From Zootoca vivipara (Eukaryota): 64,000 nucleotides of DNA. Location of the stretch: NCBI RefSeq assembly GCF_963506605.1, contig NC_083285.1, positions 43,462,001 to 43,526,000 on the forward strand, read 5' to 3'. Positions 27,159 to 39,009 of this stretch are shown here, piece after piece (the stretch's first letter is position 1; each line of letters begins with the position of its first letter). The position numbers and the translations under genes were made by a program. The notes under the pieces are model-generated. The model worked only from the letters and a program-made list of their open reading frames with translations, made no database searches and was not told where the DNA came from.

Positions 27159-27339
27159 TTAAAGTTCTAAGACCTCTGCAGTTCCAGCAGAATACCAATA
27201 AGATCAAATCATAGCTGACCTGCAAGCTCTTAGCTATTCAAATGTCAGAATGTAGGTGCATAGCAAAAATTACACTCAACAAAAAGATTGCATTTGAACT
27301 GCGCTTTCTTTTCCCCATACCCACCTTTAACTGCTACAG

Positions 27340-27439
27340 GAAGTTTTTGAGACACCAGCTGCGAGGAAAGAACTGTGAACTTCTTCTAGTGGTGCCTGAA
27401 GAGGTGGAAGCACATCAGAGTTGGAAAGCTGATGCATGA
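27340..27439 (+). CDS. JOSD1: Josephin-1 coding exon 4
   Basis: [32 protein letters not shown], 100 nt. Confidence 0.96.
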
Positions 27440-29681
27440 CCTGCAACCACCCTGTCCTCGCACTACAGTGCTGGTCCTTCTCCCTCCACCAATTTCTGAT
27501 GTCCTGTGATGTGGATAATGAGCACTCTTCTCCTCTTCCCTGGAACTTTGGCATTTTCCCCCTCCCCATTATGAGGCCATAAGGCAACTACAAGGTATTG
27601 TCGGAGCCAACATGAAGAACAGAAGAACATGTAGTAGGGGAAGAGGTGGACGTAACAGAACCAGATCTGTGCTCTTTAATTATAATGCAGTTTGATTTAG
27701 AAATGGGTGTTGGAATTCTCCCCTTTTAATTTCCTGCTTTCGCTCCCCCCCATCCCAGTCTTAAAAGGACTTCATATTGGGTTACACACAACTGTCTCCA
27801 GGAGTTCCTATAGCTCCTGTTGGGCTAGTGTGTGTCTCCTTCAGGGTAGGGCTGGGGCCAGGCATATTCTCCCCCCCCCAAAAAAAGCCATGCCTGCCTC
27901 CCTCCAACCCTCATTGTGGAACTCCCTCCAGGAGTTTTGGGCTTTTCCTGCTTCCATACTCTTCATTATGTGTGTCCTTTGTTTCCAACACCAAACTTAT
28001 GTTGAAGAAATTTGCAAACCATTTGGGTCTCTCAGGAAACTCTCGATACTCTTAGCAAAGGTATGGTGCTTGTGGATTCCCCTTTTGTAATAGTAATTGT
28101 GCCAAGAGTTAGGGGAGATGTAGACAAAATTTGGGACCATAATAATGGAACTCCTTACAGGAGTTTTCCTGTCTCATACTCTTTTTAAGTGTGGTCTGAA
28201 AATGAAAGACTGAATAGTTTGGAAAAGTAGTAGCTAAATTGATGCTTATTTAAAAGCCTCAAGTATTTTTGTTAGATGGTCCACATGTAGCCTGTGTTTA
28301 TTTTTCTTATCTGTCTGTCCTGTAATTCAGGGAAATATTCACTGAGCAGGGAATAAAACTACAGGCTGTTTGAGGATGAAATCATGAAACAAAAGGGAAG
28401 AGTAGCCAAGTTTCAGCAAGGTAGGAAGCTGGTAATGGAGCAAATGTTGATTTCCAAGTGGAATTATGGGAAACAAGATCAAAGGGCTAGATTTCTGTTG
28501 CTCTTGTATAGCAACTGTCAGTTGTTGGGGTTGAGAATGTTTAAGCAAGTTTGCTGGGGATGAGGGAAGACTGTTTACAACAGGTAGGCTGAGCCACATT
28601 CTTCCATTGATTGGTAGGTGACCCTCCTGAATTTAACTCTTCTCTCCTCACCAACTAAGTGAACAAGCTAAAGACCCTGGCAGGAGACTGAATTAGTTTT
28701 CCTTCTGATCTGATTCAGGTGTTTCACATCACTTCTTTGTGCTAGTTAGTAGGTGAAATGGAGAAGTTGGCCTTTCACTCGATTGACTTCTCCTTGAACC
28801 TTTATTCTATTATTGAATTTTTCATTATTAATGCTTTTTGCCAGCTTCATTTTCAATAGTACTGGAACAGTGGAAGTAGAACCCACTTTTTCAGTTTCAT
28901 TCTATAGGAAAATGTACATGGTTAAGGAGGGCTGAAACCTACCCTTTACATCCTTGGAATTTGACCAGACCATTTTAAGCATGATCAAGATACATGCTTT
29001 CTAAGCCAGCATTCCAAGCCATTCACAGTTGAATGCAGTGTGAATGGTATCAACATCTTATTTATTGACTTCTGGACACCTTGCAGGCAATATACTGGGA
29101 ACTTGTGTTGGCTATTCTCTGCATGTATTACAGTCATAGCCTAATAACTTCTATTTTTACAAAAGCCCTCCCCTTTCTTCTGGACTACACATTCCAATAA
29201 CCAAAACCAGCTAGCAGAATTTGTACACACACACACTTCACAAGCAGAACATCAGGCTTGCAGTTCTGCTTCTGACTTGAAGCCATTTCCCCCCACCCCA
29301 CCCCCCAAAAAAATCTCAAAGACATTATTTTGTCTGCTGGCTAAATAATAGCACTTTGGAGAGACCCCGTTTGCATGGAAGCCAATGGACCAGTGCACAA
29401 TATGCAAATATCTTTTTAAGCATACAGCTGTTTCTTTCCGTCTGTGTGTATTTATGTCATTGTTCTGTCCCTAGGGGGAAAGTGGTGTGATTCAGCAGCT
29501 CAGGAAAAGGGAACATGTGATCACCCACCCTCTGGATCAGAGTTATGGCAGCAGAGGAAAGGAACCAGCCCATTCCCATTGCTTGGGAATGGAGAAGCCC
29601 TTAATTGTTTTCCTGCTTGTTTGGTTTTGTTATAGCCTTGTCTTGGGTTTGTTTACAGAGATGTATTTTGTTTAACCAAAT

Positions 29682-29773
29682 ATTAAAAATGAAAAAGCCT
29701 TCCTGTGTCCTGTCACTTCTCTGTGTTAAACTGAATTGTATTGTAATAATGTATATAAAGGGGGGGAAATAAA
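29682..29773 (+). terminator. Probable JOSD1 polyadenylation signals
   Basis: ATTAAA 29682-29687 followed by GT-rich tract; AATAAA 29768-29773. Confidence 0.55.
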
Positions 29774-29996
29774 CACATGTTGGTATGAAGCTGTATAGCC
29801 TAAGAAGACCTTATTGCCCAGCTACTCTCCATTGGAGTTAAGAGAAGGTCCCTCCCTGCCATTACTACCGAACACAGACATGTAAAGCTAAGGGTTGACA
29901 CTCAATTGGTAAGTTTTAGTATCCTGCTGTTAAGCAAGCATAATGTATGTAAAGCCTGAGATAATAAAGAAAATACTTCCATGTTTGCACTGAAAC

Positions 29997-30028
29997 TTTA
30001 ATAGAAAAGTGCTCTAGCTAACTTTAAT
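29997..30028 (-). terminator. Probable TOMM22 polyadenylation signals
   Basis: Two ATTAAA on the minus strand (29997-30002, 30023-30028), about 530 nt after the stop. Confidence 0.45.
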
Positions 30029-30551
30029 ACTAATAGATTCAGCACAGATAAGACTTGGCAAAAATGACTTTTCCTGCTTCCCTTATTTTTCAAATATGTA
30101 ACATTGTAGGGCAAATATCTTTCTTCAAGTAAGAACTCACTGCATAGAGTCAAGTGCATACTAGGTTCTTCTATATGCTGCATTTTCTGGCATATTTACT
30201 CCATTTCTTGCTGTTACTGCTCTGAAATAAATACAGTTGGAGAAGAACACAGGACTATTTACACTGACAATTACAGGCTAAGGTTGACCAAACATGTCCT
30301 GAGGTGGTTTCCTGGAGGTAAGGCTACCAAAACAGAAGCTTCCAAAGTCTCCATAGTTACCTATAACGTTGCTTGAATGGATGGAAAAGTCATGACTGCC
30401 TAAAGATTGCAGGAGATCCAGATAGGGGTTCTGCCTTCATTAAGAATAGTTAATATCCCAAGGTTTACGAGAAAAAACGCTGGCCTAATCAAACAGTTCA
30501 AACAAATGATTTCAATATTTCATTCCATGATATGGGTCCAGTGTAGCTTCA

Positions 30552-30626
30552 TTAAATCTTTCCAGGAAGAGACGGCAGAGGACCTGGCATCCCTCCAGAC
30601 AATCCTGTGTTTGGTCCTAATAAAAT
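30552..30626 (-). CDS. TOMM22: TOMM22 exon 4
   Basis: taacag|ILLGPNTGLSGGMPGPLPSLPGKI*. Confidence 0.95.
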   Translation of the reverse strand: MLLGPNTGLSGGMPGPLPSLPGKI

Positions 30627-30874
30627 CTGTTAAGAAATGTGAAAAAGTTTACAAATGCTTGAAAAGCAAGAGCAGCATTTTAACTACGGTACTACTTAGC
30701 AGCCTACTGGAGGAAGGATTTTCACCTTCCAGTGAATAACCCTCCAGATCTTTTGTAAAACTTAAAAGAACGCGGCATTTTCTACCATTTTGGAATATTA
30801 GCAGTCTCTTCTTAAAACCATGCTGTTGCTGGTGTGGAATTCTAGTACTTAAAATACAAGGCTGCATGACAATA

Positions 30875-31064
30875 CAGTCATATCTCGTGTTGCGTTAGGT
30901 TCATGTTGCGGCTTTTCAGCCTGCGAACGCGGCAAACCCGGAAGTGTATACTTCCGGGTTCCGCAGTGCGCAAAAGCGCTCGATCGCGCTCGCACATGCG
31001 CAAAAGAGGCGCTCTAGTTGCGGCACCCCAGAACGGATCGTGTCCGCAACTAGAGGTACCACTG
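30875..31064. mobile_element. Tc1/mariner (pogo/Tigger-like) MITE
   Basis: TA|CAGTCATATCTC ... GAGGTACCACTG|TA; internal palindrome AACCCGGAAGT..ACTTCCGGGTT. Confidence 0.75.
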
Positions 31065-31971
31065 TAATAGATTTCTGCTTTCATATAAGTAGAAAAGACT
31101 GCCCTGATAAAATTAAGTCAATGAAGTGTAAAGTACTTGGAAAAAACAGTATTTGTTACATCTGTCATGGTACAATGGTGGTGGTCATTCAGGCGGGAGA
31201 AGTGTCAGGTATTTTGCAATTCTAATATTTCAATATCCCCCACCCCCGTCAGGTGACCAAAGAGGTTCTCTTGTATCGAGGGCGACATTTCTGATACGCA
31301 GCTGTAAAAAGTGTAACATTTGCAGCCATAGTAAAGGAAGAAAACTAACCAGTCACAAATTCATGCCAATAAGAAAAGTAGGGCATGTGTTATTTGCTGT
31401 GAGCGGACACAACCATCAGCCGATGGGCTTCTGAAGTCACAAAATATGCAATACCCCAGATAAATCTGGGAATGTGATGTTTTGTACTCTCTCAGCTGGT
31501 TCACTGCAATTATGGCCAGTACAAAAGCTAGAATTAGCACAGAAAGGAAGAGACTACAGTATGCAGAAATCCACCCCATCTTGCATCAGCAGCTGGGGTG
31601 ACTGGAAAGTGTTAAGATGATGGAAAGCCTGTAAAAGACACCGCGGGAAGTGATTCCCCAGGAGGAAAAAAAAGTGAAAGAGGTCATGTACCGTAGTAAA
31701 TGAGGGGGGTATTAATTTCATCATACAGTATAGCAAAAGTATATGCTACATGAGCAAACGTGCACAAAAAGATAGAGATGAAGAACGGAATCAAATACTG
31801 TACAGTGAAACTGATCCACTAGATGCTTTTGAGACAGGTAATTCTGCAAAGATTCAGGAATTAAATATACTGCGTGGTGGAGGAAGATTCACAGATAAAA
31901 GGAGGAACATTCTGAAAAGGATGAGAATCACAGACTTAATAGGCCAAAAAATGCTGTAATTCAGTTCTTAC

Positions 31972-32089
31972 CTGTCGCTGTTGCATCTGCTGTTGCTGCT
32001 CCATTTGCAGTTTCTCAGTTTCAAAAACAACAGGAAGAACTAGGATCATGAAGGAAGTGGTCCCAATCCACAAAGCTGCCCTGGAGAAT
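31972..32089 (-). CDS. TOMM22: TOMM22 exon 3
   Basis: FSRAALWIGTTSFMILVLPVVFETEKLQMEQQQQMQQRQ|gtaag, 118 nt. Confidence 0.94.
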
Positions 32090-32284
32090 CTTTTTTGGGG
32101 GGTGGGAGGAAGGGAGAGAAGGTAATAAGTAAAGCTAATATTTCCATCCTCATTACAACGGAAATGACTTATCCTAAAGATCTCACTGTTAGATTGCATT
32201 ATTAGACTATTATTCCAGTTTCAGTACAATCCTATTCATATATACTCCAAGGTAAGCTCCACTTATCTAAACTTATAAGACTTA

Positions 32285-32638
32285 AAGGTAAAGGTAAAGG
32301 GACCCCTGACCATTAGGTCCAGTCGTGACCGACTCTGGGGTTGCGCGCTCATCTCGCATTATTGGCCGAGGGAGCCGGCGTATAGCTTCCAGGTCATGTG
32401 GCCAGCATGACAAAGCCACTTCTGGCAAAGCAGAGCAGCACATGGAAACGCCGTTTACCTTCCCGCTGTAGCGGTTCCTATTTATCTACTTGCATTTTGA
32501 CGTGCTTTCGAACTGCTAGGTTGGCAGGAGCTGGGACCAAGCAACAGGAGCTCACCCCGTCACAGGGATTCGAACCGCCGACCTTCTGATCAGCAAGCCC
32601 TAGGCTCAGTGGTTTAACCACAGCGCCACCTGGGTCCC
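32285..32638 (-). mobile_element. Sauria SINE, full length, young
   Basis: GGGACCCAGGTGGCGCTGTGG head, (TTTACC)n tail, 10-bp TSD ATAAGACTTA (32275-32284, 32642-32651). Confidence 0.92.
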
Positions 32639-33923
32639 ACCATAAGACTTACTCCCTGGTAAATGGTTATGGGATTGCAGCCTTAAATCCCCTTCCTATA
32701 TGGCAACATTAGTGTGCGTGAACCTTACAACATGTCTCATCACAATCATATTTTTGCTTCCAAATATACTCTCCCTATAAATATCCATCACAATCTGAAG
32801 TACCTCCAGGTTTTCTCGCTTAAAACTACCAAGATTCCATTCAAACACAAAGAATTAGCAAAGGAAGAAACTAAATGCATAGTGTATAAAGTTTGGTTTT
32901 ATACCATAATGAAGTTTCCTTAAAGATTATAGGCAACCTGAGTGATACCAAACATCACACAAACAGCCTTCTACTCGTGATGCGGCTTTCTGTCATCCAC
33001 AGCACACTTTAGATCCCAAATCTGTTCTGAAAAGTCCCCCAACCTTCCAGAGTAAACTTGAGCATGCAGAGACTACAACGGGAAGGGGAAATCCTCTTCT
33101 GCTCACAGAAGTTTGTTCATGAGTGGACATAACTGGATATCGCTTCAAAAGAAAAACCTTTCCTCCTCAACTCACTAAGAATGTTTTTTAGAAAAAAAGT
33201 TAAATACATTGATTGATCTTTGTGGGAACATTAGGATACTGTGTCATGAAAGCTTAGAAATTAAACAAGGGACCAAAGCTATGCTTTCCAACCCTCACAA
33301 AATTTAAAACACCTGGATGAGCAACATTTTAATTTTAATCATTAGCAGCCAGCAGCGGTTTGTTATATATACTGTACCTATCTCAGGATAATACTCCATA
33401 CATCTGACAAAATGAACTTTAGTCCATGAAAGTTTTGGCTATAAAAAGCTTGTTATTTTTAAAAGTGTCATAGGATTCTTTGTTTTTGCTGCAAAAGACT
33501 TACAAGGATATTCCTCTGGAAATTATTTTACTGGGTGTCTTAAAATAATATAATTATATTTCAAACAAATTACTGATTCACAATCTTTTATTAGCAGCAA
33601 TAATTTTGGATTCTTCTGAATGGAAACTTCTTAGTATGTATTCTGTTCAGAATGATTAAGAAGATATAATCATGACTACAGAGCAAAAGGATAATATAAA
33701 TTCTATTTAACAGGGTTATTTATAACCTGAGAAATTTATATTTATATTTGATGACAAATGGTTTGGTATAGTACAGCCTTGCATTTATTATTCATGCCTA
33801 TATGGAGTATGTGTGTATAATTAAAGAGTTTAAAGAGCGAACAAAAGGGAAATTACGTTCGGGGGAAAAGGGCCCAAGCCATTTGACTACAAGGTCTCTG
33901 TTTAGTTGAACTACTATAACTGA

Positions 33924-34102
33924 TTACAGGTAGGTAGCCGTGTTGGTCTGACGTAGTCAAAACAAACAAACAAACAAAAATCCTTCCAGTAGTCACAGGT
34001 ATGAGCTTTCATGTGCATGCACACTTCAGAAGTCCACACAAAAGCTCATACCTATGAAAACTTAGTTGGTCTCTAAGGTGCTACTGGAAGGATTTTTTTT
34101 TT
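33924..34102. mobile_element. Short Penelope-derived insertion made of two inverted pLTR pieces
   Basis: ATCCTTCCAGTAG...GGTATGAGCTTT / AAAGCTCATACC...CTACTGGAAGGAT inverted; similar to 17600-17690; 12-bp TSD TACTATAA(C/T)TGA. Confidence 0.8.
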
Positions 34103-34656
34103 TACTATAATTGAATTATGAGTTGCTATATTTCTGAGCATACTCAAAATAGTTCTCTAGAACTTCACTCTCACAAGTATATATAGAACCCCTTTTCTCC
34201 TCAACTACAGATATCACAATTATCTCAATTATTTATGATCAATTCCATGTCAATGGTTCCTTGCAGGCAAATGGTTTTTTATTATTTAATTTACATCCAT
34301 TCTCAGCCTTTTATTCATTAAAGCTTGAATATGCATGGTACATTCTCAACTGCTTGATGATCATTATCCAAATAGCTTACAACGGGGCATTTCTATCCTC
34401 ACACTATACACATCTAGAGTTCTGAATTAAGAAGTCTAAGCGTTGTCAATGGCTCTCCATCAAACTTAAGAAACACAAAACACCACCAACTCCCCAACAA
34501 TTCTCCATCCCCTTGGTGGCTGAAGGAGCCAGAGAAGGGAAGGGCTACCTTAACCACTCACAAACCACAGGCATAGCTTGTGACCACCTGCGCGTGGTAT
34601 CTGAGGACCAGGAACCAAGGGGCTTGGGTCCTCACCTCCCATTTCCCCCTCCTCAC

Positions 34657-34775
34657 CTGTACATTTTCTGGGCTACAGAAAGTGACACGCCGAAGGTAGC
34701 TCCAGCTGCCGATCGGACGCTTTCCGGGAACATCTCTGTCAAGCCCCAGAGCCTCTCTGCCAGCGTCTCGTCCAG
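34657..34775 (-). CDS. TOMM22: TOMM22 exon 2
   Basis: LDETLAERLWGLTEMFPESVRSAAGATFGVSLSVAQKMYR, 119 nt. Confidence 0.96.
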
Positions 34776-34999
34776 CTGCAAATGGGGGAAAGGAGAGATG
34801 AGGGTGGTAGCCCGACAAAACAAGACCCCCCCCCAACCCTCTTCCCTAAACCCGGCCCCCATTAACACTGAAAGAGCCCTGCTGAATGGGAGCAAAGGCC
34901 GATTTAGTCCGGAGCTTCGTTCTCAGCAGCGGCCAACCAGATGCCAACCCGGGGAACCCTCCTGCAAGAAGAAACCTAAGCAGGCACCAATCCACGCTC

Positions 35000-35620
35000 C
35001 CGGCGGCACCGCCCCTCCGTCAAGCCCCCTCCACCTCCCGGCTCGTGCAAGGCCCCCTCCAGAAAACACACAGAGACGCTTCCCGCGCTGCTCCTCCTCA
35101 CGCGTCTCTTGACCGGGGCTTCAGCTCACTCGAGCTCCCCGCCTAGGCCCAGGGCAGGGCCGACTCCAGAGAGGGGTCACCTCGCACATGGCCGCCCGGC
35201 GAAGCTCCGCGCTTTCTCCCCTTTCCAGGCGGCTTTACCTCGTCGTCGTCGTCCTCCACCTCCTCCTCCAGCTCTTCGGCCTTGCCCGCCGCGGACTTGG
35301 GCAGCAGCAGGTCCTCGGGGGAAAGGGGCGACGCGGCGGCCATGACTGCAATGAGGGGAGGGCAGGCAACGACGAGGCGGGCGGCCGGCACCGGAGAGAG
35401 CGTCGCCGGAAGTAGGAGCGTGAGAGCGGAAGCGCGCGGGCTGTGCTCTGCGCAGCGACACTCAGCGGACGGGAGGAAGAGTTGAAAAGGCAACGCGGGG
35501 CTCGCCCGTTGTCGTGCAAAGGCAGCCCCGAGCTGCAGACACGGCAGCTCCCCCTTCTCTGAGCTGAATTGTAATTATTTGTGAGATGTTGCAGCGCTTT
35601 CTCGCCTTACGACCGGAGTG
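35000..35620 (-). promoter_or_regulatory. TOMM22 CpG-island promoter
   Basis: CpG-rich; ETS/GABP motifs CCGGAAGT 35406-35413 and CGGAAG near 35427, typical of nuclear genes for mitochondrial proteins. Confidence 0.7.
35239..35343 (-). CDS. TOMM22: TOMM22 exon 1
   Basis: MAAASPLSPEDLLLPKSAAGKAEELEEEVEDDDDE|gtaaa. Confidence 0.93.
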
Positions 35621-36383
35621 GTTCTGCTTATGGTGCTGGTCAGCCAGCCCACTCCCCAGTTCCCCCGACAGGAAATTCTAAGGCAGGGACATTATAAGAT
35701 GCGGTGGCCCCCTCTAGAAGTTGATGCACTCTACAACACCCATCATCCCTCACCGTTGGCCTGTGTTGGCTGGGGCTGAGTCCAGCAACATCTGGAGGCC
35801 ACCACAATGGCTGCCTCTGCAACAAGATGCCAAGAGATCCGGCAGGGGATTTCCCTCTTTCTGACAGTCCGACTCCATCTCTCTTTCATTTTTCCAATGG
35901 CATTCAGGATCCCGTGGTTACTGAGCCGTCTTCTTGGGCAGAAGTGTTTGTTTTTCTGACCTTTGAGGCTCTGGTGCTTTTTAAGTTGAAGAGCTCCCCT
36001 CCACCCACCAGCAAAGCAGGTCCTTTTATTCACACACACACACATAGGGGACACAAAATTCCAGAAGGCAAACGAAGATATATTCTAAAGAGAGTAAATT
36101 CTGAAGAATGGGGCTTTTGCACTTCCGAAGGGGTAAATAATGCGGTAGGTAAATGTGAGTGTGCATGTAAATACATATAGCACCCATGTTTTCTGGGTGC
36201 TTTTTAAAATTGTTTTTATAGGAGTTTTAAGATTGTTTTTTATAGGAGTTAATCTTGAAGAGGGCCAGATTTCTCTTGAATTTGGACCATGTCCCTTAAA
36301 ACACCACCCAGAGTAGAGTAATGAGCTATGTAATAAAACAAATACACAAGTCTACACTGCAGCAATAGAAACACTGTAATGAC

Positions 36384-36389
36384 TTTATT
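36384..36389 (-). terminator. Probable CBY1 poly(A) signal
   Basis: AATAAA on the minus strand followed by GT/T-rich sequence. Confidence 0.55.
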
Positions 36390-37549
36390 TGTAAAGTATA
36401 AAAATAGATTTATACAACAATTCAACTCAACATTTAACTTACAGTGGCCTGAATGGAACTGGTGACTGTACAAAGAATTGCCTGAAGATTTGTTTTTTAC
36501 CAAGACAAGGAAGAAGGTAGAATGCACACGGAATTCATGGAGTGTTATAGAACTGTGATATATCATGAAGGGGAAGGATAAAAATGGAAGAGAACCAGCT
36601 GTTCAATGTGGAGTTTTGCCATACTAAAGGCAATACAGCACATCACTGGGCTGGCGTGGGAAAGGAAGAGATGAAAGAACATATAGGACAGAGGCCTCAT
36701 ACTTCCCAGTACACCACTTTACTGCAGCTGTGAACTCAAGCTGCTCTGCAAAGGAAAAATAGATCCCCTCAAAACACAGTGACATCAGGTGATTGACAGG
36801 TGGGTGAACGAAGGATCTGGCCCACTACGCTGAAAAAGTCCCTCCCCCCGGTAGTGTGTCAGTCAGCTTTAGAGTATTCAGAATGACTGTGTGCCGACTG
36901 AAACATGTAACTTCCCAAATTGTTCACTGTCACCTCAGATTATCAAAGGTTTCCCTCACTAACATATATTGCAGGCCTATAAGGGTAAGGGCTCAGGATG
37001 CTGCCTATCCCCAATGGTATCTCACTGGCTCAAGTGGCTCAAGTTCAGGACCTTACTTTTCCAGAGAATTCTGCGTCCCAAAGGTTTAGCCAATTGAAAA
37101 GCATTTCTGAAACAGATGTTAAGAGAGAGACAGCAAGGGTATGTAGGTATATGTTGCAAGCAGTTTCTCCCTTTTCCTTTTGCTCTCCCCACACCCCATG
37201 ATCTTGATTGCTTTCTTGGGTGGGTGGGAAGAGATGCTTATTAACTACAAACCACTACTAGCTGCTGATTAGATTAAATGTGTATTGCGGAAATATGTTA
37301 AGAGCACTTGGATAGAAACTCCATTAGGGAAGAAGAAAAGTAGGATAGCTGCCTTCTGACAGCGCTGTAGAACTTAATAGTATTTCACATTGGGAGTCCT
37401 GGCTAGATATCCGGCAAGAGTAATGTGAGGTCACAACAACAAATGTCTTCCAAGGCAGGTGTGGCTTCCTAAGTTCCTTGCAGTGGATGGTTTTAACCAT
37501 ATCCTCTTGCTCTTCCCTCTCTCACCTCCTAGAGGCCCTCACATCCAGT

Positions 37550-37630
37550 TCACTTCCTCTTTCGGCTATAATTTTTCAGTTCTTCCATCTCTTTCTGCAT
37601 GAGGTGAGACTCTGCAGTCGTCTCAGAGAG
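37550..37630 (-). CDS. CBY1: CBY1 coding exon 4
   Basis: LSETTAESHLMQKEMEELKNYSRKRK* (C-terminal NLS). Confidence 0.95.
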   Translation of the reverse strand, partial: LSETTAESHLMQKEMEELKNYSRKRK

Positions 37631-38145
37631 CTATGAATAAAAGGAGGAAATGGCAAAAAATGGCATTTGTTTTCCCATGTTGTTTTAGTGCTGGTAACCC
37701 TTAAAAACAAGTACATTTGTTTATTTCTCTCTAAAGCAGTGGATTTCAAACTACAAATCCAGAGAGAATTCCTTCTACATCATATCATCTTCCATTAACT
37801 TCTGCCTATTGCAGATGACCCTGGGACTTGTTATGAGGCACATGCACAATGAATGGCCAGCACTAGTCCTCTGGAATGCATTTAATATTCCTTATGAATC
37901 TGGGCTTTGTGGGGGAAATCAATAGAATTATATTGGAAAAGCTCTTTCCTGGGCAACCATGCTGCCACTACCTATCTTCTCATAAAAGGAAGCCAGGGTT
38001 CTGAAAAAGATCATCAAGTGTTCTGGAGCCCGGGTTGAATCCCATGAGACATGGACCCATTGTCATTTGTATCAATGTAGAAAAATTACTGCAGATATCA
38101 ATGACATATTGATGCACAGAGGTGAGTGAATCACCTCATTCTCAC

Positions 38146-38261
38146 CATATCCAACAAAAGGTCTATTTTCAGCTGTAGGAGGTTGTTCTCTTCCTCCAGC
38201 TGCTGGATCCGTTTCCGAAGGCGGTTTGTCTCCCTGCGGTCCCCAGTGTCCCCAAATGATT
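38146..38261 (-). CDS. CBY1: CBY1 coding exon 3
   Basis: ESFGDTGDRRETNRLRKRIQQLEEENNLLQLKIDLLLDM (coiled coil), 116 nt. Confidence 0.95.
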
Positions 38262-38903
38262 CTAGGAGAGAGAAAGTGGTTAGTACTAGAATAACCTTGC
38301 ACTCACAGAAAAGTGTCAGAAACTACACAACTATGGCCTTCTGGCAGCTCTGAGAAGCAACTGCATTAGCTAGGTGGAATCCCACACGGTCAATGTGCTG
38401 ACATCTTGGTGTACCTTTAAGACACCCTATTAAATGTCCTCCCCAAGAAGAGTGTCAGTAGCCTTGTGACATGAATGACCATTGGTGAACCATGCACACC
38501 CACCCACTCAAGCTAGCATCTGCACCTAGTCAGACCCAGACTACAACACAAATATCACTCCTGACACAAGGCTGGAAACCAGAACCAACATCAACACTAC
38601 TACTACTACTTGCCAGAGTACATCAAATAAGGGTGTGTGGAGGAAAGCCCTTTAGAGTTCCTGAAAACACACCTATCTGAAAGGGTCCAGGATTCAGACT
38701 CCACAGCACATGTAGATGAACTCGTTCAGAAATATGGGATAAGCCTCCTCTCGCAAGCTGAATCAGGACAATGGGAGTACAGACTCAGGATGGCTGGGGG
38801 CTATTGCAAGGGTTGTATCTTCTGAGGAACAGGATGAGGCTGTTGAGAACCTGATAAGGATTGCTTTTGGATTACGGCCAACGGAATTAGTGTTCTCTCT
38901 TAC

Positions 38904-39009
38904 CTGCTATCCACTGGCCATTTTCAAACCTCATACTCTGTCCAGTAAGGGTCATGACAGGAGTGCCATACTCCAGGCCTAGCTCAATCTCCCGGCTTGA
39001 TCTATCCAG
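38904..39009 (-). CDS. CBY1: CBY1 coding exon 2
   Basis: LDRSSREIELGLEYGTPVMTLTGQSMRFENGQWIA, 106 nt. Confidence 0.95.

Larger units (their letters stand above)
23912..27439 (+). other. JOSD1: JOSD1 gene span (complete CDS, 202 aa Josephin-domain deubiquitinase)
   Basis: join 23912-24096,26214-26342,26454-26648,27340-27439 = 609 nt; catalytic Cys (LCALH), His (QHWI) and NLDS present. Confidence 0.97.
30552..35343 (-). other. TOMM22: TOMM22 gene span (complete CDS, 138 aa mitochondrial import receptor TOM22)
   Basis: join(complement) 35239-35343,34657-34775,31972-32089,30552-30626 = 417 nt; acidic N-terminus, DETLAERLWGLTEMFPE, TM segment, poly-Q. Confidence 0.97.

Noticed and set aside
31361-31363. 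Internal TGA of the nested ORF as selenocysteine
   Set aside because: No SECIS-like stem-loop recognised downstream, and the position lies within a hydrophobic segment where Trp is more plausible.
34513-35519. 199-aa and other ORFs over TOMM22 exons 1-2
   Set aside because: Antisense or alternative frames of a CpG island.
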